Shown here piece after piece: positions 51,814-63,260 of a stretch of DNA of 64,000 nt. Made by a program: the position numbers and the translations under genes. The DNA is from an uncultured Chloroflexia bacterium (GTDB taxonomy: Bacteria > Chloroflexota > Limnocylindria > Limnocylindrales > CSP1-4), in the NCBI GenBank assembly GCA_963763775.1, contig CAVXPZ010000001.1, positions 1,088,001-1,152,000 on the forward strand. The letters run 5' to 3'. The notes under the pieces were generated by a model. That model saw only the letters and a program-made list of their open reading frames with translations, did not search any database and was not told the origin of the DNA. How positions within the stretch are numbered: position 1 is the stretch's first letter; each line of letters starts with the position of its first letter.

Positions 51814-52531
51814 ATGACAGGAACGCAGGAGGAACCGAAACCGACCGTGGGCACCCGAGCGATCCCGGCCCCCGATGCGCCACGGGCGCCGCTGACTCGG
51901 AGCCGAGTGATGCTGGTCGCCATCGATGTCGCCGACCGGGACGGCGCCGAGGGCTTGAGCATGCGTCGGCTCGGGCAGGAGCTCGGGGTCGATGCCATGG
52001 CGCTCTACCGACACGTCAGGAGCAAGGACGACCTGCTCGACGGGATCGTGGACGTCATCGTCGGCCAGATCGAGCGCGTGGACCCGACAGATGATTGGAA
52101 GGGTTCGCTGCGCGACCAGGTCATGATCGCCCGGCGGCTGATGCTGCGGCATCCGTGGGCGCGGCAGGTCATCGAGGAGCGCGGGACGGCCGGCGTCGCG
52201 ATGATCGGCTACGTCGAGACGGTCCTCACGATCCTGCGCGGCGGCGGCTTCTCGCTCGACCTCGCGCACCACTCGCTCCACGTCCTCGGGAGCCGGATCC
52301 TCGGGTTCAGCCAGGACCTCTTCGAGGATTCACCGAGTGAGCCGCCATCGCCGGAGACGGCGGAGGCCCTCGCGCGAGTCATCGCGACGCACCCGAACGT
52401 GGCGGAGCTCGCCGGGTCGGTCAGCCACGACGGGCGTCCTGGGCGCCTGCGACGACGATGTCGAGTTCGCGTTCGGTCTGGACCTGATCCTCGACGGGCT
52501 CGAGCGACGCCGGGCCGCTGCCGCCGGCTGA
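51814..52531 (+). CDS. TetR/AcrR family regulator; frameshift near 52435
   Basis: GLSMRRLGQELGVDAMALYRHV.SKDDL; shifted C-terminus EFAFGLDLILDGLE. Confidence 0.9.
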
Positions 52532-52556
52532 CCGGCGGTCCCTCGACGACTGAGCG

Positions 52557-52955
52557 TCAGGGCTCGCGGATCGCGATCCCGTAGCGGCCTTGGGCGCGGT
52601 CGAAGGTGGCGAATGGCACCGCGTTGGCATCGAGCGACGCGGCGACGATCATGGCGTCGGGGATGGGCCGGCCCGGCATCGAGCGGGCCCGAACGAGCAT
52701 CTCGACGACCACGTCGGTCCGGGTGCCGAGCACGCGGACGTTCTCCCGCTGGATGAACGCGATCAGCGTCTCGATGATGTCCGACGACGGCACGTCGTAC
52801 TGCGTCCGGAGGACGTGGGCGCACTCGGCGAGGGCGACGAGCGAGACGCCGACGTCGGTGGCGTCGTCGTCGATGAGCGCCGCCGCGCGTCGCGCCTGGG
52901 CGACGGGCGTCCCGACCAGGTACCGGACGACGACCGAGGTATCGACCCCGATCAC
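52557..52955 (-). CDS. PIN domain (VapC-like) toxin
   Basis: IGVDTSVVVRYL, LAE, DAMI, ATFD acidic tetrad. Confidence 0.88.
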   Translation of the reverse strand: MIGVDTSVVVRYLVGTPVAQARRAAALIDDDATDVGVSLVALAECAHVLRTQYDVPSSDIIETLIAFIQRENVRVLGTRTDVVVEMLVRARSMPGRPIPDAMIVAASLDANAVPFATFDRAQGRYGIAIREP

Positions 52956-53209
52956 CTCGCGCGGTCCGGGTCCGGCGTGTCCCAGCCGGCCTGGCGGAGG
53001 ACGTCCCACGACTCGTCGGGCGGCTGCCGCCCGACCTTGTCGCGCAGCGCACCGGCGAGCGATCGACGGTGCCGGCCCGGGATGACCTCGATCACGATGC
53101 GGCCATCCTCGACGCGCTGGACCGTCTCATCGCCGGCGTAGATGGCCAGCTCCTCGCGGATCGCCTTCTCGATGGTGATCTGGCCGCGCTCGCCTACTCG
53201 ACTGGACAT
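52952..53209 (-). CDS. AbrB/MazE/SpoVT family antitoxin
   Basis: SRVGERGQITIEKAIREELAI..GD; GTGA overlap with the PIN gene. Confidence 0.88.
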   Translation of the reverse strand: MSSRVGERGQITIEKAIREELAIYAGDETVQRVEDGRIVIEVIPGRHRRSLAGALRDKVGRQPPDESWDVLRQAGWDTPDPDRAR

Positions 53210-53276
53210 GGTAGGGATGAGGCTATCGATTCATATCCGGTCGGTCAAGTCGTACCGGCGCCGCGGGCCGATCAGC

Positions 53277-54005
53277 TCACGGGTACGCCGGGTACTGCCA
53301 CTTCAGCTCTTTGGCGTCGAACTTGGCTTGGGCCGCATCCACCGTCTTGCCCCACTTCTTGAGGGTCTTGCGCGCGGTGCTGCAGGCCTTGCCGATGAAG
53401 AGCGGGGCGAGCTTGGCCTCGTAGCGCTTCTCGATCGCGATGTGCTGGTTCTCGTGCCAGGCGAGGTGGGTCGACATCTTGCGCCACCAGGTCGCGAGTG
53501 CTCCCGGCGCGCTCGAGGGCTTGACCCACTTCGGCAGCCAGACCGTCGACGTGAGGGCCACCGCCACCGAGGTGATGCGGCACGCCGTCGTCCCGGCGGG
53601 CGTCACGGTGTCCCAGTTCACGATCCGGCTCTGGCGGACGCAGGCCAGGGCGTCGGAGGTGCCGCAGTGCGACCTCGACCTGGCGACGGTCGACGCGAGC
53701 AACTGCCGCGGCGAGCTCCCATAGACCTTGAAGGTGTGGAGGACCCTGGTCGCATCGATCTCGGTCTGGGCGGCGTCGGTGGTCGCGGGCGAGGTGGTCG
53801 TCGACGAGGCGCTCGGTTGCGGGGTGGCGATGGGCGTCGGCGTGGGAGCGGGCGTCGGCCGTGGGGTCGGGCGGGCGGTCGGCGACGGGCTCGGCGATGG
53901 CGAGGCGACGACCGCGGCGGGCGGCGACGAGGTCGTCGTCGCGTCGCCGCACGCCGTGACGAGCACCGCGATCGCGATGAGCAGGCCGGCAACCAAGGCT
54001 CGCAT
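53277..54005 (-). CDS. DUF922-like lipoprotein (predicted Zn-dependent protease)
   Basis: Lipobox VTAC, Pro/Thr linker, LPKW, HENQH (HExxH). Confidence 0.75.
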   Translation of the reverse strand: MRALVAGLLIAIAVLVTACGDATTTSSPPAAVVASPSPSPSPTARPTPRPTPAPTPTPIATPQPSASSTTTSPATTDAAQTEIDATRVLHTFKVYGSSPRQLLASTVARSRSHCGTSDALACVRQSRIVNWDTVTPAGTTACRITSVAVALTSTVWLPKWVKPSSAPGALATWWRKMSTHLAWHENQHIAIEKRYEAKLAPLFIGKACSTARKTLKKWGKTVDAAQAKFDAKELKWQYPAYP

Positions 54006-54038
54006 GACGCGCACTGTACGCGTCCGGCCCGGGACGCC

Positions 54039-55716
54039 CTATCGCATCGAGCTCGCCGACCTGGCCGCCCGGAGGCGCCGCATCACGTCGTTCCCGCCGC
54101 GGCCGAAGTAGTCGTGCAAGGTCATGTAGTCGGCGAACAGCCGGTCGTACACCCGACCCGCCGACGCGTTCGGCAGATACGTTCGGACGCTCGGCCGGAC
54201 CATGGCCGCCGCCGCCGCCTCGATCGATGCGTAGCCGCCGGCCGCGGCGCCCGCGGCCACCGCCCCGTACATCGCCGACCCGAGGGCCGGTGCCTGGCTC
54301 GATGACGCCACCTCGAACGGTCGGCCGGTGATGTCGGCGGAGAGCTGCATCAGGAGGCCGTTCCGCTCGGGGAGTCCGCCGCAGGCGACGACCCGGTCGA
54401 CGGCGACACCGGCCGTATCGAGCGACTCGATGATCGCGCGGGTCCCGAAGGCGGTCGCCTCGAGCAGCGCCCGGTAGATCTCGGGCGGGCGGGTCGCCAG
54501 GGTCGCGCCGATCAACAGGCCGCTGAGATCCACATCGACGAGGATCGAGCGGTTGCCGTTCCACCAGTCGAGCGCCAGGAGTCCGGACTCGCCCGGCAGC
54601 AGCTGGCTGGCATCGCGCTCCAGCGCCTGGTGGACCGTCAGGCCCTCGCGCCGTGCCGCCTCGTGGACGTCGGGCGGGACGGCCTGGGCCGTGAACCAGG
54701 CGAAGATGTCACCGACGGCGGACTGACCGGCCTCGTAGCCGAAGAACCCGGGGATGATCCCGTCCTCGACCACGCCGCACATGCCCTCGGCCGCGACGAG
54801 GCGCTCGCCGAGGACCAGGTGGCAGGTGCTCGTGCCCATGACCGCGACCATCGTCCCGGGCGCGGTGACGCCCACGGCCGGCACCGACACGTGCGCGTCG
54901 ACGTTGGCGATGGCCACGGCCGTCCCCGGGCGAAGGCCCGTCCAACGAGCCGCCTCCACGGACAGGACGCCCGCGCAGTCGCCGATCGAGCGGATGTCGC
55001 GCGACATCTTGTCGTCGACCACCGAGGCGAAGCCCGGATCCAGCGCCCCGAAGTACGCCCGATCCGGGAAGCCGTCCCGCTTGGACCAGATGGCCTTGTA
55101 GCCCGCGGTGCAGGAGTTGCGGGTCTCGGTCCCGGTCAGCTGCCAGACCACCCAGTCGGCCCCCTCGATGAGCCGGTCCGCGGCCTGATAGACCCGCGGC
55201 GCCTCGTCGAGGATCTGCAGGCTCTTCGAGTAGAACCACTCCGACGAGATGCGACCGCCGTACCTCGGGAGCCACGGCTCACCGCGCGCCGCCGCGACGG
55301 CGTTGATCCGGTCCGCCTCCGGCTGCGCCGCATGGTGCTTCCAGAGCTTCACCCAGGCGTGCGGTTCGCGGCGAAGTCCGTCGATCTCGCAGAGTGGCCG
55401 GCCGTCGGCGGTGGTCGGCAACATCGTGCAGGCGGTGAAGTCGATGCCCGACGCCGACGACATCCTCCGGCGGAACGCCCGTCTCCGCGAGCAACCGCGG
55501 GATCGTCGACTTGAGCGTCTCGATGTAGTCGGCGGGGTCCTGGAGGGCCCAGTCGTGCTCGAGGACGACGTCCTCGTCGGGCGACGGCAGGTGCGCGTCG
55601 ATCACGCCGTTGGCATAGGGGTGCACGGCCGTGGCGAGCTCCGCGCCGGTCGCGAGATCGACGAGGATGGCGCGGCCCGAGCCGGTCCCGAAGTCGACGC
55701 CGATCGCGGTCTTCAT
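54039..55716 (-). CDS. araB: Ribulokinase; frameshift near 55450
   Basis: IGVDFGTGSGRA, ALQDPADY, GIDFTACT, KLWKHHAAQ, MGTSTCH, DWWNGNRS. Confidence 0.93.
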
Positions 55717-56435
55717 GACCGGCGCTCGCGGTCGCTCCGCTGGCCGTAGTAGGCGGTCGTGCCGTGCTTGCGGTCGAAATGTCGATGGAGCAGGGCATCG
55801 CCGAGCACCGCCGCGTCAGGGTCGATCGTCAGCGTCCGCCAGGCCATCGTCGCGATCGTCTCCAGGGCCACCGCGGCTTCGACCGCCGCGGCCGGCGACA
55901 CCCCCCAGGTGAACGGCCCGTGGCCGCGAACGAGGACCGCCGGCGAATCCTCGCTGGTCCGCTCCACGGCGCGAAGCGTTTCGATGATGACACCGCCGGT
56001 GGCCCATTCGTAGTCACCATCGATCTCGTCCGCCCGAAGGTCTCGGCTGACCGGGACGGGGCCGCGGAAGAAGTCGGCGTGGGTCGTCCCGAGCGCCGGG
56101 ATCGCGCGGCCGGCCTGCGCCCACGCGGCTGCCGAGGTCGAGTGCGTGTGCACGACCCCGCCGATCTCCGGGTACTCGAGATAGAGGCGGCGGTGGGTGG
56201 GCGTGTCGGTCGACGGCCGGCGGTCACCGCCGAGCACGCGGCCGTCATCGAGGGCGACCTCGACGAGGTCGCCCGGCTCGATCGTGGAGCACGGCAGGCC
56301 GCTGGGCTTGATCACGAGGACGCCTCGCGCCCGGTCCACGCCCGAGACGTTGCCGAAGGCCAGCGTGACGAGCCCCGCGCGATCGACCGCGCGGTTGGCC
56401 TCGGCGACCTGGACCCGGAGGTCGTCGATCGTCAT
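55713..56435 (-). CDS. araD: L-ribulose-5-phosphate 4-epimerase
   Basis: GNVSG, IKPSG, PSTDTPTH, HTHS, GTTHAD, KHG..AYYGQ. Confidence 0.93.
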   Translation of the reverse strand: MTIDDLRVQVAEANRAVDRAGLVTLAFGNVSGVDRARGVLVIKPSGLPCSTIEPGDLVEVALDDGRVLGGDRRPSTDTPTHRRLYLEYPEIGGVVHTHSTSAAAWAQAGRAIPALGTTHADFFRGPVPVSRDLRADEIDGDYEWATGGVIIETLRAVERTSEDSPAVLVRGHGPFTWGVSPAAAVEAAVALETIATMAWRTLTIDPDAAVLGDALLHRHFDRKHGTTAYYGQRSDRERRS

Positions 56436-58353
56436 GATCGCGCCCGCCTCGGCGGCGGCCGGCCCTTCGGGGATCCAGACGCGCATCGCGCCAGCGCCAC
56501 GGTTCGCCCAGGCCAGGTACGGGATCGCCGTGACGTCGAGGGCACGGTCGGCCGTCGAGACCGGGACCGCGAGCCCGACCACCGAGGCGCCCAAGGTCCG
56601 TGCGAGGTACCGGCACCGGGCTCGCGGCCGCCGGGATCGCGACGTCCTCCAACTCGACACCCTGCGGCAGGTCGGCGGTCTCGAGCGCGTAGACGAGCGG
56701 GCCCCGTTCGAGGGCGACACAGCCCCGCACCGCGTCGATCCGCGCGTCCGGACGGGTGATCCGGGCGGGCATGTCGAGGTCGAGGACGACCGTGTCGCCC
56801 GGTCGCCACGATCGCGCGAGCGTCACCGTCCGCTCGCCGGCGGGGACGGCCGCGGGGGTCGCGTCTCCCCCGTCGCCGGAGACACGGACCGAGGCCGTCC
56901 GACACCAACCCGGGATGCGGAGCGACAGCTCCCAGGGCGCTTCCGGCGTGGCGACGACCCGGACCTCGACCCGTCCATCCCACGGATACTCGGTCTCGAT
57001 GGCCAGTCGCACGTCGCCGCTGACGACGTCCGACGCCGCGTACTGGTGCAACTGCACGCCGGTGCTGTTGCCGGTCGCGACGAGTTGCTGCCAGCTGCTC
57101 ACGAACCGCATGAGGTTGGGCGGGCAGCACGCACACGCGTACCACGGTTTCCGGGCCGCCTCGCCGGCCTCGGCCCACGCCTGGTGGGTCCGCCGCTGGA
57201 GGGGGTTGACGTAGAAGAACTCGGTGGCGTCGGCGGACAACGCGGGCAGGATCGCGTTGTAGGTGGTCCGCTCCAGGACATCCGCGCAGTCCGGATCACC
57301 GGTCGCGAGCAGCAGGCGCCACGCCAGCATCGCCGAGGCGATCGCCGCACAGGTCTCGGCATACGCCCGGTCGGGCGGCAACTCGAATGGGTCCCCGAAC
57401 GCCTCGTCCTTGTGACGACTGCCGAGCGCGCCCGTCAGGTACGACCGCGTCGCCACCATGTCGCGCCACCGGCGCTGGACGCTCTCGAGCAGGCCCTGGT
57501 CGCCAAGCTCGACCGCCACATCGACGGCGCCACAGTCGAGATACAGCTGGCGGACCGCGTGCCCGACGACCTCGGGGGCGTCCCGGACGGGCAGGTGATC
57601 CTGCCAGTAACCGCGTCCGAACCGACCACTGCCGAGGGACCCATGCCCGCGCCGTTCGATGAAGGCTGCCGCAAGGTCCAGATGCCGGCGGTCGCCGGTG
57701 ACCCGGAACAATTCGACCAACGACATCTCGATCTCGGGATGACCGTCGATGGCCGCCCGACCGTTCGGGCCGAGTTCCCGCTCGACGGAGGCAGCCGCAC
57801 GCTCGGCGACGAGGAGGAGGCGGTCGTCGCCGAGCGCACGGTGCCAGGCGATGGCTGCCTGGATGAGATGGCCGATGCAGTAGAGCTCGTGGCCCCAGCG
57901 GAGGTCGGCATAGGCCGTTCCCGGCTTGAGCACCTGGACGAACGTGTTGATGTAGCCGTCAGCCTGCTGGGCTGCCTCGACCAGACCGATCGCCTCGTCG
58001 GCCATCGCGCGGATCGCCGGATCGGGCGAGCGACCCAGCTCCCAGCCGGTCGCCTCGAGCCATTTGTAGACGTCGGAGTCCAGGAACGGGAACGGTCCGT
58101 CGAACATGACCCCCAGCGCCCGGTACCCGGTCCCGGCTCGGGTCGCGGCGAGGTCGAAGTTGGCCAGCGTCCCGGCCGCCTGGAGCTGTCGGTAGCCCGC
58201 AGGGATGGTCCGCTCGCGGTTGTTCGCGGCACGCGCCGCCCAGAACCCGCCCGTCAATGCCACATCGGTCGCGCTGAGCGGGACCAGCCGCGTCGATCCG
58301 GGCGTCGGGACGACGGCGGCGGCCGTCGGGGTGGTCGCGGGCGAAGGGACCAT
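56432..58353 (-). CDS. GH127 beta-L-arabinofuranosidase; frameshift(s) near the 3' end
   Basis: FLDSDVYKWLE, HELYCIGH, GHPEIE, GHAVR, YAETCA, CACCPPN, RGPLVY, IPYLAWANR. Confidence 0.92.
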
Positions 58354-58355
58354 CG

Positions 58356-59864
58356 CTACGGCGTGCGATTGAGGAAGTAGAACGCCGAGTTCCAGCGGAG
58401 CTCGCGCCGGAACTCGGCCGCCGTCGTGCGGGCATCGATCGTGACGAGCTCGATGTCGGCGATCTCGGCGAAGTCGATGATGGGCTCGATCGGCAGGCTG
58501 CTCGTCAGCGCGGTGTGATGCGGCCCGCCGGCCGTCAACCACGCCTCGGCCGCGGTCTGCAGGTCTGGCCGCGGCCGCCAGACGGCCCGCGCGACGGGCA
58601 GGCGCGGGAGTGGCGCGTCCGGCTCGACGATGTCGACCTCGCTCGCGATCATGCGGAACCGGTCGCCGAGGTCGGCGAGGCCGAGGATCACCGCCGGCCC
58701 GGTCGCCGCGTCGAACACGAGCCGCACGGGGTCCGACTTGCCGCCGATCGACAACGGATGGATCTCGCACGACGGCTTGCCCGTCGCGAGGCTCGGGCAG
58801 ACCTCGAGCATGTGCGCCCCGAGGACCTCGGGAACGGGGTCGCCGAGGTGGTACGTGTAGTCCTCCATGAACGAGGTCCCGCCGGGCAGGCCCTCCGCCA
58901 TGACCTTGAGGATGCGGACGAGCGCGGCGGCCTTCCAGTCGCCCTCCGCGCCGAACCCGTAGCCTTCGGCCATCAACCGCTGCACGCCGATCCCGGGCAG
59001 CTGGTCCAGGCCGCCGAGGTCCTCGAACGTGTCGGTCACGGCGCCGAAGCCGCCGTCTTCGAGGAACGCTCGCAGCCCACCTTCGATCCGGGCGGCGGTG
59101 CGGAGCTCGGCATGCCGCTCGCCACCGGTCCGGAGGGCGGGTGCGACCTGGTAGGACCCTTCGTACGCCTCGACCAGGGCGCTCACGTCGGCGTCCGAGA
59201 CGGCCTCGACGCGGGCGACCAGCTCGTCGACCCCGTAGCCGTTCACGGAGAACCCCAGTCGCGCCTGGGCCTCGACCTTGTCGCCTTCGGTGACCGCGAC
59301 CTCGCGCATGTTGTCGCCGAACCGGGCGATCCGCAGGCGATGGGATTCGTGCCAGCCCGCGGCGGCGCGCGCCCACCAGCCGAGCCGACCGAGGACGGCC
59401 TCGTCCTCCCAGTGTCCGACGATGGTCTTCCGGCCGCGACGGAGACGCGTCTGGATGAACGCGAACTCGCGGTCGCCGTGCGCGGCCTGGTTCAGGTTCA
59501 TGAAATCCATGTCGATGTCCGACCAGGGCAGGTCGCGGTTGAACTGCGTGTGCAGGTGGACCAACGGCTTGCGCAGGTCGGTCAGACCGCCGATCCACAT
59601 CTTGGCCGGCGAGAACGTGTGCATCCAGGCGATGACGCCGATGCAGGACGGAGACGCATCCGCATCGCGGAGCACGGCGGCGATGGAATCCGGCGTCGTC
59701 ACGACCGGTTTGGCCACGATCCGGACCGGGATGCTGGCGGCCCCGTCGAGGTGCCTCGCGATGTGGCGGGCATTCTGCTCGACCTGTTGCAGGACGGCCT
59801 CGCCGTAGAGGTGCTGGCTGCCCGTGACGAACCACGCCTCGAGCTCCTGCAGGACCGGCTTCAC
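58356..59864 (-). CDS. araA: L-arabinose isomerase
   Basis: [47 protein letters not shown]. Confidence 0.97.
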   Translation of the reverse strand: MKPVLQELEAWFVTGSQHLYGEAVLQQVEQNARHIARHLDGAASIPVRIVAKPVVTTPDSIAAVLRDADASPSCIGVIAWMHTFSPAKMWIGGLTDLRKPLVHLHTQFNRDLPWSDIDMDFMNLNQAAHGDREFAFIQTRLRRGRKTIVGHWEDEAVLGRLGWWARAAAGWHESHRLRIARFGDNMREVAVTEGDKVEAQARLGFSVNGYGVDELVARVEAVSDADVSALVEAYEGSYQVAPALRTGGERHAELRTAARIEGGLRAFLEDGGFGAVTDTFEDLGGLDQLPGIGVQRLMAEGYGFGAEGDWKAAALVRILKVMAEGLPGGTSFMEDYTYHLGDPVPEVLGAHMLEVCPSLATGKPSCEIHPLSIGGKSDPVRLVFDAATGPAVILGLADLGDRFRMIASEVDIVEPDAPLPRLPVARAVWRPRPDLQTAAEAWLTAGGPHHTALTSSLPIEPIIDFAEIADIELVTIDARTTAAEFRRELRWNSAFYFLNRTP

Positions 59865-59895
59865 GGTTCGCCCCTCCCGCTCCGATGCGATGCCA

Positions 59896-60780
59896 TCACT
59901 TGAGCGCTCCTTGCGTGAACCCGGAGACGTAGTACCGCTGCAGCAGCAGGTAGATCGCGATGCACGGGATCATCGCGATCGTGATCCCGGCCTGAAGCAT
60001 GCCCCAGTCGGTCCCGCCCAGGCTGGTCTCGGCGCGAGCCGTGGCCAGGATCAGCGGCAGCGTGAACGTGGAGGCCCGGCTCAACAGGACCAGCGCCGCC
60101 AGGAACTCGTTCCAGGACGTGACGAAGGCGAACAGCGCCACCGTGACGATCGCCGGCACGACGGCCGGGATGAAGATCGATCGGAGGATCTGCCAGGAGT
60201 TCGCGCCGTCAGTGAGCGCTGCCTCCTCGAGCTCGACCGGCACCGATTCGAAGCTGTTGCGCATGATGTAGAGGCTGAACGGCAGCTGGATCGCGGTATG
60301 GACGATGGCCAGCCCGAGCAGCGTGTTGGTCAACTTGACCTGGGCGAACATCAGGAAGATCGGCGTCAGCAGCGCCTGGTACGGGATGATCAGGGCCAGC
60401 AGCAGGAAGACGAAGATGCCCTCCTTGCCCGGCACCGGGAAGCGGGCCAGTCCATAGCCGGCGGGGATCGTCAGCGCGAGCGTGAACGCGATCGTCATGA
60501 ACGCCGTCGCGAAGCTGTTGCCGAGATAGGTCGGCAGGCCCGCCTGGTACGACCACAGTCGCTGGTACGACTCCAGGCTGAGCTCGTGCGGGATGTAGGT
60601 GGGCGGGACCGCCGCGGCTTCGGCCGTCGTCTTGACCGACGCGAGCATCGACAGGACGATCGGCGTGAGCATGAACACGCCGATGATCAGGCAGATCGCC
60701 CCCACGAGGTAGCGATTCCGGCCCGCCCAGACCCGTGACCAGGCACGGGTGACCGGCGCTCCGGCGGTGACGGCGGTCAT
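59896..60780 (-). CDS. Carbohydrate ABC transporter permease
   Basis: [11 protein letters not shown] (EAA motif), [12 protein letters not shown]. Confidence 0.93.
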   Translation of the reverse strand: MTAVTAGAPVTRAWSRVWAGRNRYLVGAICLIIGVFMLTPIVLSMLASVKTTAEAAAVPPTYIPHELSLESYQRLWSYQAGLPTYLGNSFATAFMTIAFTLALTIPAGYGLARFPVPGKEGIFVFLLLALIIPYQALLTPIFLMFAQVKLTNTLLGLAIVHTAIQLPFSLYIMRNSFESVPVELEEAALTDGANSWQILRSIFIPAVVPAIVTVALFAFVTSWNEFLAALVLLSRASTFTLPLILATARAETSLGGTDWGMLQAGITIAMIPCIAIYLLLQRYYVSGFTQGALK

Positions 60781-61655
60781 GTCTCGCTCCGGCGCGTCAG
60801 GGCCATCTGGACGACCGTGAAGACGAGGATGATCGTCGCCAGGATCAGCGACAGGGCGGCCCCGTAGCCGAGATGCAGATACGGGAACGAGTTCTTGTAG
60901 ATGAAGAAGACCGCGGTCGAGGTCTGGTTGAAGGGTTGGCCGGCGGTCATGATGTAGAACTGGTCGAACGCCAGCAGCGAGCCGATCGCGCTGACCAGGG
61001 TGACGAGCAGGATCGTGCGGCGGGTCAGCGGCACGGTCACCCGTCGGGTCCGCTGCCAGAAGCTCGCGCCATCGACCATGGTCGCCTCGTTGATCTCGCT
61101 CGGGATGGACTGGATCGCGGCAACGAAGAGGATCATGCCGAAGCCGAGGACCTTCCAGACGACCGACGTGATGATCGACCAGGTCGACAGATCGGCGTCC
61201 ACGCCGAGCCAGAGGACCGGCTTGTCGATCAGGCCGAGGTCGAGCAGCGCCTTGTTGATCAGTCCGAATGTCGGGTCGAACAGCCAGACCCACAGGAGGC
61301 TCGACACGCCGAGGCCGATGACCACCGGCACGAAGATGATCGCCCGAGTCGTCCGACGCAGCGGCGTATTCGGCGAGACCAGCAAGGCGAGCAGATACCC
61401 GCCGATGATCAGGATCGGGGTGATCAGGAGGGTGTACTTCAGCGTGTAGCCGAGCGAGCTCCAGAACTGCGAATCCGAGAGCACCTGCTGGAAGTTCGTC
61501 AGCCCGGTGAACTTCGGCGGCGTGATGAGGGACCAGTTGGTGAACGACATGCCCACCATCCCGGCCAGTGGCACGGCCGTGAAGAGCAGCACGAAGACGA
61601 CCGCCGGGGTCACGTAGAGCAGTCCGGTCAATCGTCGACGTCGTCTGGCGGTCAT
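60777..61655 (-). CDS. Carbohydrate ABC transporter permease
   Basis: GLTNF, EINEATMVDGA, FDQFYIMT. Confidence 0.93.
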   Translation of the reverse strand: MTARRRRRLTGLLYVTPAVVFVLLFTAVPLAGMVGMSFTNWSLITPPKFTGLTNFQQVLSDSQFWSSLGYTLKYTLLITPILIIGGYLLALLVSPNTPLRRTTRAIIFVPVVIGLGVSSLLWVWLFDPTFGLINKALLDLGLIDKPVLWLGVDADLSTWSIITSVVWKVLGFGMILFVAAIQSIPSEINEATMVDGASFWQRTRRVTVPLTRRTILLVTLVSAIGSLLAFDQFYIMTAGQPFNQTSTAVFFIYKNSFPYLHLGYGAALSLILATIILVFTVVQMALTRRSET

Positions 61656-61692
61656 TCGGTCTCCACGACACACGATGGTGAAGGGTGGAACC

Positions 61693-61724
61693 GGCCGCGG
61701 CGCTCCTCTCGAAGCGCCGCGGCC
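61693..61724. other. Intercistronic stem-loop after the solute-binding protein gene
   Basis: 12-bp stem GGCCGCGGCGCT/AGCGCCGCGGCC, a typical mRNA-stabilising or attenuating position in sugar ABC operons. Confidence 0.6.
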
Positions 61725-61755
61725 ATCCGTATCGGGGTCGACTACCTCGATCGGG

Positions 61756-63177
61756 TCACTTGCAGGAGATCGCCTTCATGGCGGTCTTGGCATCGTTGAT
61801 GACCGTGTCGAGATCATCGTTGGTGTAGTACGCCCGCTGGAGCTGTTGCAGCCAGGGGCCAGCCGGATCGTTGATCTGCTCGAAGAACGTCAGGCTGTAG
61901 GGGGTCTTGCCGACGCTGAGGGCCTTGGCCACGTCCGCCATGAGCGGTTCGGCCTTGTAGTACTGGTTGTCGGCGAGCTTCGGATCGGTCCGGGTCGGCA
62001 GGTTGAGCGCCTTGGCGTACAGCTCGACCTGGTTCTTGTCGGTCAATAGATAGTGCATGAACGCGAGCGCATCGTCGACGCGCTTGCTGCCCTTCGGGAT
62101 GACGACCAGGTCGCCGCCGATGAACGAGGCGGACTTGCCGGCCTCCATGCCCGGCAGCAGGCTGATCCCGAAGTCGAACGGGTGGTCCTTCATCTGGTCG
62201 CGCGCGAGCACGATGTTGAAGTTGCCCGTCCCCATCATGCCGAGCTTGCCCGTGCCGAACTGCTCGGCGAAGGTCGCACCGGTCTCGGCGCGAGCGCTCT
62301 CGGGGACGTTCTTGGCCGCGACCATGTCGCGCGCCCACTGGTCGACCTGCTTGACGCCGTCGCCGACGAGGGGCTCGTCGCCGCACTTGTTGGCCTCGAT
62401 GGTGGCGCCGGACGCCCACATCAACGGACCGACGGTGAAGATGTTGCAGCCGGCGCAGTTGCCCGGCAGGTAGTAGCCGGTGACGCCGTCACCGAGCGCG
62501 GTGATCTTGTCGGCGTACGCCCGGACCTCGGCGAGGCTGGTCGGCGGCTTGTTCGGGTCCAGGCCGGCCTTCTTGAACAGGTCCTTGTTGTAGAAGAGCG
62601 CCGACACGTCGGCGTAGAGCGGCACGCCGAACAGGCGGTCGTTGAACGTCGCGACGGTCTTGTGGCCGGGGCTGACGTCGGCCAACTCCGCCCAGTCCTT
62701 GGTCTGATCGGTGATGTCGACCAACTGGCCCGCGTTCTCGAACTGCGGGGCGTAGATGAGGTCCATCCCCATCAGGTCCGGGACGTCACCCGAGGCGATG
62801 CCCTGGGCGATCTTCGCCACCATGTCCGTGTGGACGATGTAGCTCAGATTGATCGGCTTGGTCGGGTTCTCCGCGTTCCAGGCACACACGAGGATGTCGA
62901 CCATCCCCTTGTTGCCGCCCGAGCGCTCCCACATCTGCATCGCATTCGGGTCGGTGCTCTGGGCGCAGGCCTTGGCAGGCTCGGGTGTCGGCGCCGCTGC
63001 GGCGGCACTCTCGGTGGCGGCGGCCGAGGCCGGCGCCGAAGCGGCTGCGGACGGGGCTGGCGCGGAACTGGCGGTGCCCCCTCCGGACGGCGCGCTCGAT
63101 GCCGTCGACGACGAACACGCGGCGAACATCATGATCGCCACGAACGCGAGGGCGGGCAACCTGAGACGGCTCCTCAT
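61756..63177 (-). CDS. Sugar ABC transporter substrate-binding lipoprotein
   Basis: Lipobox FAAC, Ala/Ser linker, GDVPDL, LFYNKDLFKKAGLDP. Confidence 0.93.
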   Translation of the reverse strand: MRSRLRLPALAFVAIMMFAACSSSTASSAPSGGGTASSAPAPSAAASAPASAAATESAAAAAPTPEPAKACAQSTDPNAMQMWERSGGNKGMVDILVCAWNAENPTKPINLSYIVHTDMVAKIAQGIASGDVPDLMGMDLIYAPQFENAGQLVDITDQTKDWAELADVSPGHKTVATFNDRLFGVPLYADVSALFYNKDLFKKAGLDPNKPPTSLAEVRAYADKITALGDGVTGYYLPGNCAGCNIFTVGPLMWASGATIEANKCGDEPLVGDGVKQVDQWARDMVAAKNVPESARAETGATFAEQFGTGKLGMMGTGNFNIVLARDQMKDHPFDFGISLLPGMEAGKSASFIGGDLVVIPKGSKRVDDALAFMHYLLTDKNQVELYAKALNLPTRTDPKLADNQYYKAEPLMADVAKALSVGKTPYSLTFFEQINDPAGPWLQQLQRAYYTNDDLDTVINDAKTAMKAISCK

Positions 63178-63260
63178 CCCGTGCTCCTCCTCTGTCGAAC
63201 TCACCGGGCCGCCGCGTTTCCCACTGCGGCCGATGCCCGGCCAGCGGTACACTACCACGG

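Noticed and set aside
1949-55716. Programmed ribosomal frameshifting or mass pseudogenisation
   Set aside because: The shifts are scattered through unrelated genes, including ordinary metabolic ones, with no consistent slippery sites or decay; error is the simpler explanation.
55713-56720. Apparent in-frame fusion of the GH127 C-terminus to AraD
   Set aside because: An out-of-frame TGA overlaps the araD ATG (ATGA at 56432-56435) and indels are frequent, so a sequencing indel is more likely than a real fusion.
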